From the NCBI GenBank assembly GCA_965208675.1, contig OZ242351.1, forward strand, positions 704,001 to 768,000: a DNA stretch of 64,000 nt, written 5' to 3'. A model generated the notes under the pieces. The model saw only the letters and a program-made list of their open reading frames with translations, was not told the origin of the DNA and made no database searches. Position 1 is the first letter of the stretch, and the number at the start of each line of letters is the position of its first letter. This DNA is from Candidatus Poribacteria bacterium (GTDB lineage Bacteria > Poribacteria > WGA-4E > PCPOR2b). A program made the translations under genes and the position numbers. Of the stretch, positions 62,078 to 64,000 are shown piece after piece.

Positions 62078-64000
62078 TCACTCTTGCGCCTCTGCTTGTG
62101 CGCTCAAATTCATCTTTTTTGAGACGGTCAGCATTGACTTGATTACAACTATGGCTGGAAAGGCGAGGAGCACTCCCCAAAACCCGAACACTGTTGCACC
62201 GAATATTACGGCGAACATAATCACCATCGGGTCGACATTTATGGCTCTGCTCATGACTTTGGGTGAAATTAGCGAGTTATCAATCGCTTGAATACCAAAA
62301 ATCGCGCCTAACAATACTGCAATCCGGAATAGCAATCCAACCGAATCAAAATCACCCGCGGTGAATCCCATTAGGAGCGAGAGAATGGCGACGCCGCCTC
62401 CGATAAATGGACCAAAAGTAGGAATAGCATTGCACAGACCCGCGAGTAATCCAATGACCAGTGCGAACGGCACACCGATGATTGAATACACCGCTACTGA
62501 AATGATACCGATGATAAAACTAACGGCAACCTGTCCCCGCAAGAATGACTCCATAGTACGGTTTATCTCTGACAGATATAACCTTACCGTAGTGCGATGC
62601 CTATCGGGAAACAGGTTTACCAAGTCTTGTGTATATCGGTTGAACGCTTGGCCCGCGTAAATGAAGACAATGAGCGCTAAGAACACCGTCGCTAAGAATC
62701 TGCCGAAACCGACAGCAATAGTTGAGAATCGCGTGACAAATTTCACGATTGATTCACCGACTGTGCGCGCCAAAGTAGAAAATCTTTCGGTTAACTCATC
62801 TTGCAACCAAATGGCAAAATTCTTCCCTCCTACAGTTTTGAGTAGCTGACTGTCGTTCAGATCTGCGAGGACGCCCCGTTTCGCACTCACACCTGTGAAT
62901 AGCCAATCAGCAGGAGTGGTACTGCGATAGATTCCGCGGCGATTACTTGCATACATCGTACCTTGTTGAGGCAGCGAAGCCAACAGTGGAACTGCAGACG
63001 AAGTCGACTCGAGTGACGGCTCGATTGGTTGCCACTTTGCGTGATTCTGCAAAATTCGGAGCCTAATTTTCGACATCGTCTCGTCTAAATGAGCGTTCAA
63101 GTCGAACAGCCACTCATAAATCCCGTTCAATGTCCCCGCATAAAGCCGTTCATGTGCTACAGCGAGCGCATGAATTTCCGCATCGCCTAGTCCTGCCGGT
63201 GTAATGGGCGTCCAAGTCTTACCTTCGTCGACACTTCGATACACGCCTAAATTTGAAGCAATAAATACGGATTTTGCACCCTTGGCCGAACAGGCAACAC
63301 TCAATATGGAAATTTCTCCTTGAGACACTCCGGCATATTCATCAACACGAACCTCCTCCCAAGTTGCGCCGCGATCGGTGCTAGAATAAAGTCCAGTGTC
63401 AGTTCCCACATAAAGTTGCGCGAGATTCCATGAGGGTATTGCAATCGCTTGAATAGATTTTCCAGCGAAAGCGTCTGTTCCGATCTGTACCCACGTGGTA
63501 ATGTCTGTTTCCATATTGTCCGTGGTTTTAGGTACATACAACCCCTGTGCCGTGCCTACGTGGATCTGATGGTCGCCTGTTCCTACAGCAACCGCTTGAA
63601 TGGACTGTCCAATCAAAACTCCCCCGGTTATGTCCTCAGGCCGGTTCTTACCATCCTCAAAGCGGTAGATACCGTGTGTTGTTCCGAGGTAAACGATGTT
63701 CGAACCGTCAGGTTGGCGGTGAACGGCAACGGCATGGTATTCGTTGCCAATAGCGAAGGGCAACATGTGGTTGTAGAATCTCACCAATCCGCTAACCATG
63801 TCCCTCGATTGCCTGCTGACTTGTGGAATAATGTACAGTAGTAACAGAGTGAACGCACCAAGAGTCAGGGCAGTTAGAACCACACGGGCTGTCCTCCGAG
63901 ACAGATGCAAACGCCTGCCCCGTGTCAGCGGAAGGTCCTGTATCGTATTGAGCAAAAATCGGAAGAAGTAAGCGAATCCAAAGCCTAGTATGAATGGTAA
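62078..64000 (-). CDS. AI-2E family transporter with inserted beta-propeller domain (5' partial)
   Basis: FLRGQ, IPTFGP, FGFWGVLLAFP; Asp-box STDRGATW and SVDEGKTW; frame stays open to the window edge (LPFILGFGFAY). Confidence 0.85.
   Translation of the reverse strand, partial: LPFILGFGFAYFFRFLLNTIQDLPLTRGRRLHLSRRTARVVLTALTLGAFTLLLLYIIPQVSRQSRDMVSGLVRFYNHMLPFAIGNEYHAVAVHRQPDGSNIVYLGTTHGIYRFEDGKNRPEDITGGVLIGQSIQAVAVGTGDHQIHVGTAQGLYVPKTTDNMETDITTWVQIGTDAFAGKSIQAIAIPSWNLAQLYVGTDTGLYSSTDRGATWEEVRVDEYAGVSQGEISILSVACSAKGAKSVFIASNLGVYRSVDEGKTWTPITPAGLGDAEIHALAVAHERLYAGTLNGIYEWLFDLNAHLDETMSKIRLRILQNHAKWQPIEPSLESTSSAVPLLASLPQQGTMYASNRRGIYRSTTPADWLFTGVSAKRGVLADLNDSQLLKTVGGKNFAIWLQDELTERFSTLARTVGESIVKFVTRFSTIAVGFGRFLATVFLALIVFIYAGQAFNRYTQDLVNLFPDRHRTTVRLYLSEINRTMESFLRGQVAVSFIIGIISVAVYSIIGVPFALVIGLLAGLCNAIPTFGPFIGGGVAILSLLMGFTAGDFDSVGLLFRIAVLLGAIFGIQAIDNSLISPKVMSRAINVDPMVIMFAVIFGATVFGFWGVLLAFPAIVVIKSMLTVSKKMNLSAQAEAQE

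Overview
Bacterial chromosomal window. The LamG proteins ending in AVxPxGKxxTTWAxxK, the ECF sigma factor with a long C-terminal extension and the many cytoplasmic glycoside hydrolases suggest Candidatus Poribacteria or a relative (inference). Housekeeping genes include HU, nfo, katG, acs, nadD-yacG-yqeK-rsfS-argS, rimI, tatD and der. Accessory parts are: (1) a minus-strand defence-like island at 6.8-12.8 kb (GmrSD-like DUF262/DUF1524, sulfur-binding-domain HNH nuclease, Mrr_N-only protein, HTH-membrane fusion); (2) a 14-24 kb zone where genes are separated by modular REP/REPIN-like repeat mosaics whose arms are shuffled between copies; (3) a glycan-degradation cluster with two divergent GH95-like paralogs and a GH151-like enzyme; (4) a two-gene module at 45.4-48.6 kb pairing an archaeosine-TGT-like/DUF5591 fusion carrying a QLELF clamp-binding-like motif with a Rho_N-fused DNA methyltransferase, the best candidate for an undescribed DNA-modification system. 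The ORF track also misses a probable UxxC selenoprotein (54332-54673) with a SECIS-like hairpin. No rRNA, tRNA, CRISPR array or transposase was recognised. All calls come from reading motifs by eye; no searches were run.
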